Shown: piece after piece, positions 52,138 through 62,206 of the stretch
How the letters are laid out: every line of letters begins with the position of its first letter
Position numbering within the stretch: the stretch's first letter is position 1
Source: Waterburya sp.
GTDB taxonomy: Bacteria; Cyanobacteriota; Cyanobacteriia; Cyanobacteriales; Xenococcaceae
DNA length: 64,000 nucleotides
Assembly (NCBI GenBank): GCA_965217895.1
Contig: CBDCJV010000002.1
Coordinates: 512,001-576,000, forward strand
Reading direction: 5' to 3'
Made by a program: the position numbers and the translations under genes
Notes under the pieces: model-generated
The model's input: only the letters and a program-made list of their open reading frames with translations
Database searches by the model: none
What the model was told of the DNA's origin: nothing

Positions 52138-53417
52138 CCGCGATCCCCATCGAATACTATTGATCCATCGGCGGGCATTCCTGGTTTAGCAAAACCGTTA
52201 GGATTATCAATGTCGAGCTTAACGCCAAAGACTTGCTGTACTCGGTCTTCTTTGAAATAAATGTTTTCTGGAGTAAAAGACGCTTCGCTATCAATCTCAG
52301 TCACCTTGGCACTCAGAGGTTTATTTGGAGCAGAATCTAGATAAATTTGCGCGGATTGACCAACTCTAACTTTGCCAATGTTGCCTTCAGGAATATAGCC
52401 TCTGAGGTAAACATCATTAAGGTTGACTAGAGAAAGCAAAGTTTCACCTGCGGTAACTACTTCTCCTGGCTCGACGCTGCGGGCTGTTACCACTCCAGAG
52501 ATGGGGCTAATAACCTGAAGGTAGTTCATCCGAGCCTGAATTTCTTTTTGCTGTGCCTTGACATTAGCCACATTATTCTGGGCGGCATTAAATTTAGACT
52601 GGGTTTGAATCAGTTGCTTGTTTAAAGAATCTAGTTCGGCACTGCGAATATCAGGATTGAGACGGGTGGTTTTGGCTTGGGCTAAAGTTCCTTGGGCTGC
52701 ACTTACTTCTTTTTCGGCAGCGTTGACCCCAGCTTCTTCAACTTCTACACTAGCTTGAGCTTTTTCCCAAGTGGTTTGAGCCTGGTCAAATGTATCCTGG
52801 GATACTGCACCACCAGTTAACAAATTTTGATAGCGATCGCGTTCTACTTTAGTTAAGTTTAATTCCGAACGAGCTTCTTTCACCGAAGCCTGAGCTTCTA
52901 TTAAATCGGCTTCTGCCACAGCTAGATTAGCTTCTGCCTCGCTAACCTGACCTGCCGTATCTTCACTAGATTGTTGCAAATTCAGCTGTGCCTGGCGGAT
53001 TTGGCTGTTAATTACATCGATTTGTAGGCGAGCCTGCTGCTCTTCTTCTTGGGCTGCTGCTAGCTGTGCTTTGATGGCTTCTAGTTGCGCCTGTACTTCC
53101 TCATCGTCGAGACGAACAATCGTTTGACCGCGATCGACTTCATTCCCTTCCCTAACAGCAACCGACTCTACTCGACCAGATACCTTTGTTCCTACATTGG
53201 TTTCATAGCCTTCAATGCGACCGCTCAACTGTAAAGCTGTTTCTACTTTGGGCTGGGACAGAAAGTAAGCAACGGATAATCCCGCTCCCGCTAGTAAGAC
53301 TCCCAAAGGTAATAGAATACGTATTTTTTTACTCTGCTTGCGATCGGATGTCTGCTTATTGTCAGGTGATGGGTCAGATTGAGGTTCTTTTTTAAACCGA
53401 GAAATTAAGTTAGCCAT
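52134..53417 (-). CDS. HlyD-family adaptor (YbhG-like)
   Basis: SGRIEG.E, ISPISGVV, ASFTPEN, KPGMPADG. Confidence 0.9.
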   Translation of the reverse strand: MANLISRFKKEPQSDPSPDNKQTSDRKQSKKIRILLPLGVLLAGAGLSVAYFLSQPKVETALQLSGRIEGYETNVGTKVSGRVESVAVREGNEVDRGQTIVRLDDEEVQAQLEAIKAQLAAAQEEEQQARLQIDVINSQIRQAQLNLQQSSEDTAGQVSEAEANLAVAEADLIEAQASVKEARSELNLTKVERDRYQNLLTGGAVSQDTFDQAQTTWEKAQASVEVEEAGVNAAEKEVSAAQGTLAQAKTTRLNPDIRSAELDSLNKQLIQTQSKFNAAQNNVANVKAQQKEIQARMNYLQVISPISGVVTARSVEPGEVVTAGETLLSLVNLNDVYLRGYIPEGNIGKVRVGQSAQIYLDSAPNKPLSAKVTEIDSEASFTPENIYFKEDRVQQVFGVKLDIDNPNGFAKPGMPADGSIVFDGDRG

Positions 53418-53514
53418 GATGTCGAGTCTAGGTTATCTAAAAGTTGATGCTTAAGCGATTGACGCAATACAATGAAAATCCAGGACTATATGAACGATAC
53501 AAGCAAATAAGTTG

Positions 53515-53591
53515 TTACCTATTACCTATTACCTATTACCTATTACCTATTACCTATTACCTATTACCTATTACCTATTACCTATTACCTA
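53515..53591 (+). repeat. STRR heptamer array (TTACCTA)x11
   Basis: 11 perfect copies. Confidence 0.95.
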
Positions 53592-53626
53592 GTCTTCATA
53601 GATTGATTAGTGCGTGACATCATTTC

Positions 53627-54172
53627 TCAAGCAGCAGATGAGCTTAATTCCTGTTGCTCGCTTTCTAACAATTGAGGATCGAGATACTCGGTTTGATGCA
53701 CGATTAAAACCGAGCAGGGAGCATGATGAGTTACATAGTTGCTAACGCTGCCCAAAAACATTTCTTTAAGACCAGTCCGACCTCTGCTACCTACCACAAG
53801 CAAGTCTGCCGACCATGTTTGCGCTAAGTCACATATAGCCCGCCCAGGATTACCCAAGATTTGAGTAAATTCGGTGGTAATTCCTGCTTTAAATGCTTCT
53901 TGGGCAGTTCCCCTAAGCATTTCCAGTCCTTCCTGTTCAAATTGCTGCCACCGCTCTTGATAAGCTTCTATAAGGTTGCTGGCGAAGGGATCGTATTGGT
54001 CGTATTCCAAACCAGAGTAGATCGTCGAAGCTGGAAAATCCTGTTCCTCAGAGGATAAAACGTGTAGCAGCTTCAAGTTAGCCCCACTTGTTTTTGCCAG
54101 GGACATAGCAGCTTCAAAAACTTTCTTACCTGTTGTGGAACGATCTATGGCTACCAAGATTTTATTAAACAT
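53627..54172 (-). CDS. Universal stress protein
   Basis: USP motifs. Confidence 0.95.
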   Translation of the reverse strand: MFNKILVAIDRSTTGKKVFEAAMSLAKTSGANLKLLHVLSSEEQDFPASTIYSGLEYDQYDPFASNLIEAYQERWQQFEQEGLEMLRGTAQEAFKAGITTEFTQILGNPGRAICDLAQTWSADLLVVGSRGRTGLKEMFLGSVSNYVTHHAPCSVLIVHQTEYLDPQLLESEQQELSSSAA

Positions 54173-54272
54173 ATTAATTTCCTCTAGTTTTAGTCGAGTT
54201 TCTGATAAAACCCGTTAAAATAATTTTTGCGATCGCCTGAGTTACCTTACTTAATATATGTAGGAGAATAAT

Positions 54273-54290
54273 TTGAAGAACTTATGAGGA
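54273..54290 (-). promoter_or_regulatory. Island direct-repeat box upstream of the usp-ABC-marC-mscS unit
   Basis: TCCTCATAAGTTCTTCAA-N10-TACATA; a degenerate opposite copy TCCTCActccatATTCAA at 54305-54322 faces sucrose synthase. Confidence 0.85.
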
Positions 54291-54371
54291 AACTCGATCT
54301 TTTCTCCTCACTCCATATTCAAACGATCGATCGATAAATTTGTGAAGGGTGAATTAAAAAAGCAATAATTT

Positions 54372-56789
54372 ATGTCCTATTTAATTGAAGCAATTTTAAA
54401 TTCCGCAGAAAAAAAAGATCTCAGAGAATTTATCAGTCAGTTGACAGCATCCGAGCAAAAATATTTGCTACGCAACGATATTCTCAATTCCTTTAATTTG
54501 TTTTGTCAAACAAAGACTAATCCAGGGCAATACTACGATCGTTCTAATCTGGGCAAGTTAATTTACTATACCCAGGAGATTATCCTCGAACAAGAAAGTA
54601 TTTGTCTAATTATCCGTCCTAAGATTGCCCGACAAGAAGCTTATCGGCTATTTGAAGATTTAAACTATGAATCGATGACGATTCAACAACTGCTAGACGC
54701 ACGCGATCGCTTTGTCGATCGTTTTCATCCCGAAGAAGGAGACGTATTGGAAATTGATTTTCGATCCTTCTACGATTATTCCCCCATGATTCGTGACTCC
54801 AAAAACATTGGCAGAGGCGTACAGTTTCTCAATCGCTATCTTTCTAGTAAGCTTTTTCAAGATCCTAATCAGTGGTTGGAAGCTCTCTATAGCTTTTTAA
54901 GTCTCCATAGCTATAACGGCACTACCTTGCTGATTAACGGCAGAATTAAAGACCGCCAACAGTTAAGCGATCGCGTTAAACAAGCGTTAAATCTTGTCAG
55001 TGGACTGCCAAAAGATAAATCTTATGAAGAATTTCGCTTTGAATTACAAAACTTGGGTTTTGAACCAGGTTGGGGCAACACCGCCAGTAGAGTTAGAGAA
55101 ACCCTAGATATTCTAGATGAATTGATTGACTCCCCTGACGATGGGGTTCTCGAAGCCTTCTTGTCTCGCATTCCGATGATTTTTCGTATTGTCTTAGTCT
55201 CGGTTCATGGTTGGTTTGCCCAAGAAGGAGTTTTAGGTCGTCCTGACACTGGCGGACAGGTGGTTTACGTCCTCGATCAAGCTAGAAGTCTAGAACAACA
55301 ACTACATGAAGATATTTCTCTCGCTGGTTTGGATAGTCTCAAAATAGAACCCAAAGTAATTATCCTGACTCGGCTAATTCCCAATAGTGATGGAACTCGT
55401 TGTAACGAACGATTAGAAAAAGTTCACGGTACTAATAACGCCTGGATTTTGCGCGTACCTTTAAGAGAATTCAACCCCAATACTCAAAACTGGATTTCTC
55501 GCTTTGAGATTTATCCCTATCTCGAAACCTATGCAATTGATGCCGAGAAAGAACTTTGTGCCGAATTTCAAGGTATTCCCGATCTGATTATCGGTAACTA
55601 TTCCGATGGTAATTTAGTTTCCTTTCTCCTTGCCCGTCGCTTAAAAGTTACTCAGTTTACTATTGCCCACGCTTTAGAAAAATCCAAGTATTTATTTAGT
55701 AACCTGTATTGGCAAGATTCAGAATCTACTTATCATTTTTCCTTACAATTTACTGCCGATTTAATTGCCATGAATGCAGCCAACTGTATTATCAGCAGTA
55801 CCTATCAAGAAATCGCTGGAAGAGCAGATAGTGTAGGACAATATGAGTCCTATGATAATTTCACCATGCCCGACCTTTATCATGTGGTTAATGGTATCGA
55901 ACTATTCTCCCCGAAGTTTAATATCGTTCCCCCTGGAGTTAATGAAAACATTTACTTCCCTTATACCCGTTCTGAAGATCGCGTTGCTTCTAAAACCGAA
56001 AAATTAACAGAATTACTCTTTACTAGCGAAGATCCTAGCTTTATTTTCGGCAAGTTAGAAGACCCTAGCAAACGTCCTCTCTTTTCGATGGCGAGATTAG
56101 ATCGGATTAAAAACCTGACTGGTTTGGCAGAATGTTTTGGGCGATCGCCCGAATTACAAGAACGGTGTAATCTTATTTTAGTCGCGGGTAAAATCCACGG
56201 TGCAGAAACCGAAGATAATGAAGAAAGAGCAGAAATTGAGAAGATGTATCGCATCATCGAACAGTACGATCTTCATGGCAAGATGCGTTGGTTGGGTCTG
56301 CGTTTACCAAAAGCCGAATCTGGAGAAATCTATCGAGTTATTGGCGATCGCCAAGGCGTATTTATCCAACCTGCTTTATTTGAAGCCTTTGGTTTGACAA
56401 TTTTAGAAGCGATGATTTCTGGTTTACCTACCTTCGGGACGCAATTTGGTGGTCCATTAGAAATTATTCAAGATGGAGTCAACGGCTTTTATATTAACCC
56501 AACTAATTTAGAAGAAACTGCTCCAAAAATTTTAGAATTTGTTCGAGGGTGCGATCGCCACCCCGATTATTGGCATGAGATTTCCGATCGAGGTATAAAA
56601 AGAGTTTATAGTACCTACACTTGGAAAATTCATACAACGAAATTGCTATCTCTGGCTCGTATTTATGGTTTTTGGAACTACACCTCTAAAGAACAACGAG
56701 AAGATCTGTTGCGTTATATCGAAGCTTTGTTTTATTTAATTTACAAGCCCAGAGCGAAACAATTGTTAGAACAACATAGGCAACGTTGA
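54372..56789 (+). CDS. sus: Sucrose synthase
   Basis: GVQFLNRYLS, LGRPDTGGQVVYVLDQ, HALEK.KY, MARLDRIKN, EAFGLT. Confidence 0.96.
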   Translation: MSYLIEAILNSAEKKDLREFISQLTASEQKYLLRNDILNSFNLFCQTKTNPGQYYDRSNLGKLIYYTQEIILEQESICLIIRPKIARQEAYRLFEDLNYESMTIQQLLDARDRFVDRFHPEEGDVLEIDFRSFYDYSPMIRDSKNIGRGVQFLNRYLSSKLFQDPNQWLEALYSFLSLHSYNGTTLLINGRIKDRQQLSDRVKQALNLVSGLPKDKSYEEFRFELQNLGFEPGWGNTASRVRETLDILDELIDSPDDGVLEAFLSRIPMIFRIVLVSVHGWFAQEGVLGRPDTGGQVVYVLDQARSLEQQLHEDISLAGLDSLKIEPKVIILTRLIPNSDGTRCNERLEKVHGTNNAWILRVPLREFNPNTQNWISRFEIYPYLETYAIDAEKELCAEFQGIPDLIIGNYSDGNLVSFLLARRLKVTQFTIAHALEKSKYLFSNLYWQDSESTYHFSLQFTADLIAMNAANCIISSTYQEIAGRADSVGQYESYDNFTMPDLYHVVNGIELFSPKFNIVPPGVNENIYFPYTRSEDRVASKTEKLTELLFTSEDPSFIFGKLEDPSKRPLFSMARLDRIKNLTGLAECFGRSPELQERCNLILVAGKIHGAETEDNEERAEIEKMYRIIEQYDLHGKMRWLGLRLPKAESGEIYRVIGDRQGVFIQPALFEAFGLTILEAMISGLPTFGTQFGGPLEIIQDGVNGFYINPTNLEETAPKILEFVRGCDRHPDYWHEISDRGIKRVYSTYTWKIHTTKLLSLARIYGFWNYTSKEQREDLLRYIEALFYLIYKPRAKQLLEQHRQR

Positions 56790-56998
56790 CTACTTTGGCG
56801 CATAGGTAATAGGTAATAGCGCGAAGTTGCGTTGCGCGGGTTTCCCGCGTTGAGGTTATTGCTGAGGGCGAGCAAACTTCGTAAGAAGGTAATAATAGGT
56901 AATAGAGATTAATTTATTATTCATGCTATAGGTCTACTGATTAATTCCATCAAGCTTGCTAGAGTGAAGAAAGACCTCAAGTTATGCCCAAAACCTAA

Positions 56999-58858
56999 AT
57001 GAGACTTTTATTAGTAGACGATGACGAGGTGTTAGTAGATGCCCTTGCTAACCATCTCATCAAGCAGCGATATGCGGTAGACATTGCCTCAGATGGTGAG
57101 GAAGCGTGGGAATATATTGCACTTTTTAACTACGACCTAATCGTCTTAGATGTCATGCTACCAAAACTTGACGGTATTAGTTTGTGTGAAAAACTTCGCA
57201 ATCATAGTCATGGGATGCCCGTGCTGATGTTAACGGCTTGCGATCGCAGTACTGATATTGTTAAAGGGTTAAATGCTGGGGCTGATGATTACTTAGTTAA
57301 GCCATTTAATTTCGACGAGCTTACTGCCAGGATCCACGCTTTGCTGCGCCGAGAAGGTCAAAGTCTACCATCTATCTTGAAACGAGGCAGTTTAAGTCTT
57401 AATCCCAATAACTTAGAAGTAATTTATAACGAGAAACTGCTTAATTTGACAGCAAAGGAATATGCTTTGGTAGAGCTTTTTCTACGCAGTCCAAATCGGG
57501 TTTTTACTACTGAGGGAATTATTGAAAGCCTGTGGACGTTTGAAGACCCACCGACTGAGGGCGCAGTCAGAACTCACATCAAAACTCTACGACAAAAGCT
57601 AAAAACTGCTGGAGCAGCTAAAGATTTTATTGAGACGATTTACGGAGTGGGTTATCGCCTCAAGCCACTGCCTAATGAAGAACAAACTGAGATATCTGCA
57701 TCTAATTCCGAAGTACAATCGGACACGACTGCCGATCTTGCTCATCTTTGGGAACAATATAAAGATGCCATGTCCGATCGCCTAATTATCTTAGAGGATA
57801 CGGCGATTGCTTTACAAACAGATAATTTCAATTCTGCATTGAAACAGGAATCTAGGTTAGCAGCTCACAAATTAGCAGGTTCTCTAGGTAGTTTGGGGTT
57901 TGACGATGGCTCGAAGCTAGCGAGAGAATTAGAAATTTTACTTAATCTGGAAACTTTCCCCCAGCTAGACCAAATTGAGCCTTTCGAGCGGTTAGTCAAC
58001 ACTTTGAGAGCGAGACTAGAAGATCACCAGCCTGACTCTAGTTCGACTTTAGAAAGTTATCCCTTGTTATTAATTGTGGATGATGACCGCGATTTTACTC
58101 AAGAGTTAGAGATAGAAGCAGCAGCTAATAATTTCCGAACTGCGATCGCTAGTACTGCATTGCAAGCACAAGAGATAATTAGGCGCGATCGCCCTGCTAT
58201 CGTTTTACTCAAAATATTTCAGATCAAAACTGACGCTACCCCAAATAACTGTCCGATGGATAGTTTAGATTTACTAGCAGAACTTCAGCAGCAAATGCCT
58301 TCACTACCCATTGTGGTAATTCTCTCAGAGACAGCTCTGTTTAACACCAGTGAAGATTTTACCAACCGTCTGAAAATTATCCGCCGTGCAGAACACACTT
58401 TGTTAGTACAGCCTGTAACCCCACATCAAGCAATGGATGCTGTAACTCAAACTCTGCAAAGATCTGGGGCGGGAATAAAAATAACAGTTGTCGATGACGA
58501 TCCGTCAATTTTAAAGTCGATGCAAACAAGTCTCGAAGCCTGGGGATTTGAGATTACTACTCTTAATGACCCCCATCAGTTTTGGCAGGTTATTCAAACT
58601 ACTTCTCCCAATTTGTTGGTGTTAGATATAGAGATGCCCGACGTTAGTGGAATTGAGCTGTGTCATGCTTTACGAAGTGACCCAGATTGGAGTCATTTAC
58701 CCGTGCTGTTTCTCACTGCTTATCAAGACTTAGCAACTCAGGAAAGGGCTTTTGCCATAGGTGCAGATGATTATGTTAGTAAACCGATTAGGGGACAAGA
58801 ATTAGTTACCCGCATCCTCAATCGCCTGTCACGAATCCGCGCAATTCAAAGTAGGTAG
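56999..58858 (+). CDS. Multi-domain OmpR-family response regulator (REC-wHTH-HPt-REC-REC, RcaC-like)
   Basis: LLVDDD..LDVMLP..KPF; wHTH VRTHIK.LR.KL...IETIYGVGYR; HPt AHKLAGSLG; pseudo-REC (LLKIF); final REC LDIEMP..KP. Confidence 0.92.
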   Translation: MRLLLVDDDEVLVDALANHLIKQRYAVDIASDGEEAWEYIALFNYDLIVLDVMLPKLDGISLCEKLRNHSHGMPVLMLTACDRSTDIVKGLNAGADDYLVKPFNFDELTARIHALLRREGQSLPSILKRGSLSLNPNNLEVIYNEKLLNLTAKEYALVELFLRSPNRVFTTEGIIESLWTFEDPPTEGAVRTHIKTLRQKLKTAGAAKDFIETIYGVGYRLKPLPNEEQTEISASNSEVQSDTTADLAHLWEQYKDAMSDRLIILEDTAIALQTDNFNSALKQESRLAAHKLAGSLGSLGFDDGSKLARELEILLNLETFPQLDQIEPFERLVNTLRARLEDHQPDSSSTLESYPLLLIVDDDRDFTQELEIEAAANNFRTAIASTALQAQEIIRRDRPAIVLLKIFQIKTDATPNNCPMDSLDLLAELQQQMPSLPIVVILSETALFNTSEDFTNRLKIIRRAEHTLLVQPVTPHQAMDAVTQTLQRSGAGIKITVVDDDPSILKSMQTSLEAWGFEITTLNDPHQFWQVIQTTSPNLLVLDIEMPDVSGIELCHALRSDPDWSHLPVLFLTAYQDLATQERAFAIGADDYVSKPIRGQELVTRILNRLSRIRAIQSR

Positions 58859-58938
58859 TGTGGAAAATGTAATGAAGCATTATGGTAATGTATAAAGTTC
58901 CAAAGTTTGATATATTTTATTCACTTGAGTAATTCGCG

Positions 58939-60555
58939 CTAAAAATTAAAAGTGGTACGCAATACTCCTACATATTGGGTATCATTATCACTGTTATTTT
59001 CTGGATTAAAAATTGCCCAAACACCAGGAGTCACTGAGATATTATCGTTAACTTTTAAGCGATAAAATGCTTCTACGTGATAGGCATTCTCATCTTCTTC
59101 TAAGACATCACTAGATGAGACGTGGGGTGGTATGCCAAAAACAATTCCTGGCAGGTTGCCTTCTCCTCCCACATCGGGAAAAGACACCCCAATTGCTCCG
59201 TACCAAGCATTAGCACTATCGCCACTATTAACGGCGAAGGAATTTGTGCCACCAAGACCATCAGAGAGGGAACTTGTATCAGAGTTTTCCGCGTTTGCCC
59301 AAATATAGCCTCCCCAACCATGAACCTGAAAGTTATCTGAGAATTTATAAAATCCTTGCAGATCGATAATGTCGTTAGAAGTAGCTATATTATCGCCGAA
59401 AGGGGAGTTTACCAGAAGGCTACCCGTTCCGCCTATTAAGCTCACCCTATCTTCAGGGGCATAACCGTGAGAATAGCCAACGCCAAGAGCGCCTTCTTCC
59501 CCGATATATGTCAAGTGCGCCAAGGCATTGTAACCACCATTAAATAGACCATTTCCTGACAGGGAATTATTAGGATTGTCTGCTAAATAACCAACCGTTA
59601 GGGTTAGCTTGTCTGTGAAATCCCAATTGATACCCGCACCACCGCCACCGCGACGAAAGAAAGGACTATACGATCCAAATAAAGAGGGGACTCCGTTTCC
59701 ATCATCGGCAATTAAGGCAGGAGTAATGGTAGTAGTGATATCGGTATAGCCCATGCCTACTGGTCCAACTGCTACTGAAATAGAGTCATTAACTGGAGTG
59801 AAATAACGAACCTGAGCAATAAAGGCATCGTTATTGGTGTCACTGTCAAAATTTAAGCGTGTCATTCCCGTACCAGTAGCCACGGCAATTTGACTATTGC
59901 CATCCTCATCGAAAAAATTACCAAATTCTAAACGAACTCTTAGTAAATCTTCTCCTGTAAAGCTGCTTTCAAAGTTAAGACGACCACGATTAGCAAAGAA
60001 GACTTCAGATTCGTCATCATCACCACCCACCGTATTACCAAAGCTATCGCTAACAGCAGTGATAATCTCAGCAACAAGTTTAGTCGTAGTAGAAAACTGA
60101 TTGTCTTCTAATGTTGCCGTGCGTGTCTCTAATTCATCAACTCGACCGCGCAGGGTAGCTAGTTCTGCCCCAAAGTCTGCCTCCAGTCTTCGCATCATTC
60201 CTAAATCTTCTGGGTTGACCCGATTGTTACTATCGGCAACCAATTGACTAATTCGATCTAAACAAGCATTTAAACTAGCGGCAAACTCGTAACGAGTCAA
60301 AGCGCGATTACCGCGATAGGTAGAATCGGGATAACCTGAGATGCAGCCATAGCGTTCGACTAGCGATCGCAAAGCTCCATATGCCCAGTCAGTCGGTCGC
60401 ACATCGGATAACTGGTCAACTGAATTAACTTGTCCTTGTAGAGTTGGATCTGTATTTACTGGGACAGAGGGATCAAAATCGTTCAAAGGTACTGCTGAAG
60501 CAGCAGTCGATACTAGTAATGAAATAGGAAAACTGTATAAAAAGCTTTTTAACAT
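58939..60555 (-). CDS. SLH-domain OprB-type carbohydrate porin
   Basis: SV.QLSDVRPTDWAY.AL.SLVERYGC..GYPD, FSTTTKL, C-terminal LRTTFNF. Confidence 0.9.
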   Translation of the reverse strand: MLKSFLYSFPISLLVSTAASAVPLNDFDPSVPVNTDPTLQGQVNSVDQLSDVRPTDWAYGALRSLVERYGCISGYPDSTYRGNRALTRYEFAASLNACLDRISQLVADSNNRVNPEDLGMMRRLEADFGAELATLRGRVDELETRTATLEDNQFSTTTKLVAEIITAVSDSFGNTVGGDDDESEVFFANRGRLNFESSFTGEDLLRVRLEFGNFFDEDGNSQIAVATGTGMTRLNFDSDTNNDAFIAQVRYFTPVNDSISVAVGPVGMGYTDITTTITPALIADDGNGVPSLFGSYSPFFRRGGGGAGINWDFTDKLTLTVGYLADNPNNSLSGNGLFNGGYNALAHLTYIGEEGALGVGYSHGYAPEDRVSLIGGTGSLLVNSPFGDNIATSNDIIDLQGFYKFSDNFQVHGWGGYIWANAENSDTSSLSDGLGGTNSFAVNSGDSANAWYGAIGVSFPDVGGEGNLPGIVFGIPPHVSSSDVLEEDENAYHVEAFYRLKVNDNISVTPGVWAIFNPENNSDNDTQYVGVLRTTFNF

Positions 60556-60637
60556 TTGAGTACTCCAATTGTTGAGTAGCCCAATCAAAATCAACAATTA
60601 TATTAACAATTTTTTTTGGTTGGGCTTTGAGGATTAA

Positions 60638-62038
60638 TTACATGTGTTCTAATTCCATTCCGTTGGTTTCCTTGATGAAAAAGACCACGAAAAATAAGGA
60701 AATAGCTGCTGCAATAGTGTAAAGACCGTATGCCGTACCTAGTCCAAAATATTGCAGTATGGGGGGGAAAGTAGTAGAAACGGCAAAGTTTGCCACCCAC
60801 TGCATCGACGCAGCAAGGGAAAGAGCAGCACCACGAATTTTGTTGTTAAACATTTCGCCTAACAAGACCCAGACCACTGGACCCCAGGAGAATCCAAAGC
60901 AAAATACATAGAGGTTGGCTGCTAAAAGTGCGACAATACCTGCCGTTCCGCTCAAGGTAGGACTACCAGCAGCATTTACGGGTGCATTGCCAAATACTAC
61001 CGCTAACGTTCCCAAGGTTATGGTCATGCCAATCGAGCCGAGAACGAGTAAGGGTTTGCGACCAAATTTATCGACAAAGGCGATCGCAATTAAAGTAGTA
61101 ATAATATTTACCGCTGCTGTAATTACTGTAATGGTTAGAGAATCTTTTTCGGAAAAGCCGACTGCCCGCCATAAAATGCTGCTGTAGTAAAAGATGACGT
61201 TAATACCAACAAATTGCTGGAGTAAGGATAAACCAATACCGATCCAAACGATGGGCAAAAGTCCGCCACTTCTAGCTAGCAGGTCGGAAAACCTAGGCTG
61301 ACGCTCACGTAAAACCGTTTGCCGAATCTCGTTGATTTTCTCTAGGACGTTACCTTTTAAGATTTTAGTCAGAACTTTAGTTGCCTCTTCCTCTCGTCCT
61401 TGAGCAACTAAATATCTTGGTGATTCGGGAATCATTAAGGCTGAAATTCCATAGAGAACTGCTGGCGGAATTTCCGTCCAAAACATCCAACGCCAGGCTG
61501 CTATACCAAATAAAAATGGTAGTTCAGCCGAACCTGCGGATACGGCAATAAAATAGTCGCACAGCAAGGCAATAAAAATACCGATTACAATCGCTAGCTG
61601 CTGGAGTGAACCTAGCCTGCCACGCATATGAGAGGGAGAACATTCAGCGATATAAGCTGGGGCAATGACACTAGCAGCACCAACAGCAATTCCACCTAAT
61701 AATCGCCAAAAGGTAAAATCCCAGATGCCGATCGCCGCCCCAGAGCCAATCGCACTGATAGTAAATAATACCGAAGAAGCGATCATTGCCTTGACGCGAC
61801 CATAGCGATCGGCAATTTTTCCTGCATAGAACGCTCCTAGTGCCGAACCTAACAATGCTAAAGATACTGCCAGACCGACGAATACACTGTTGGCATTAAA
61901 GCCTGAAGCTAAAGCTGCCACCGCACCGTTAATTACTGCGGTATCAAAACCAAACAAGAAACCACCAAGCGCAGCAGCAGCAGCAATTAAAACTACATAT
62001 AGCGTATTGGATTTGCGACGAGAAGTAATGTTTGACAT
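60638..62038 (-). CDS. glcP: MFS glucose/sugar porter
   Basis: GGFLFGFDTAVING, D.YGR, PESPR, QQFVGINVIFYY, PVVWVLLGEMF. Confidence 0.92.
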   Translation of the reverse strand: MSNITSRRKSNTLYVVLIAAAAALGGFLFGFDTAVINGAVAALASGFNANSVFVGLAVSLALLGSALGAFYAGKIADRYGRVKAMIASSVLFTISAIGSGAAIGIWDFTFWRLLGGIAVGAASVIAPAYIAECSPSHMRGRLGSLQQLAIVIGIFIALLCDYFIAVSAGSAELPFLFGIAAWRWMFWTEIPPAVLYGISALMIPESPRYLVAQGREEEATKVLTKILKGNVLEKINEIRQTVLRERQPRFSDLLARSGGLLPIVWIGIGLSLLQQFVGINVIFYYSSILWRAVGFSEKDSLTITVITAAVNIITTLIAIAFVDKFGRKPLLVLGSIGMTITLGTLAVVFGNAPVNAAGSPTLSGTAGIVALLAANLYVFCFGFSWGPVVWVLLGEMFNNKIRGAALSLAASMQWVANFAVSTTFPPILQYFGLGTAYGLYTIAAAISLFFVVFFIKETNGMELEHM

Positions 62039-62084
62039 AAGTTGTATTTCATAAATAATTTATCGTTGGTTCATGTAAATGTCT

Positions 62085-62102
62085 GTAAGGAATTTATGAG
62101 AA
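62085..62102 (-). promoter_or_regulatory. Degenerate island box upstream of glcP
   Basis: TTCTCATAAATTCCTTAC; -10 spacing not conserved. Confidence 0.5.
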
Positions 62103-62206
62103 CTCTAAAAATATTCGAGCCTTATCATTCTTGAGCAGGGTAAAGACACTATGGGTAATAACTGTAAGACAACACGAGAAAGCTTTTTATCAAGCCTGAT
62201 GCTGTT

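Noticed and set aside
53515..53591. Tandem array considered as a CRISPR
   Set aside because: Pure 7-mer repeat without spacers; no cas genes in the window
2872..62102. The 18-bp box considered as a mobile repeat or a known Pho/NtcA/FNR site
   Set aside because: No shared flanks or TSDs; it is a direct repeat rather than a palindrome and does not match those consensus sequences
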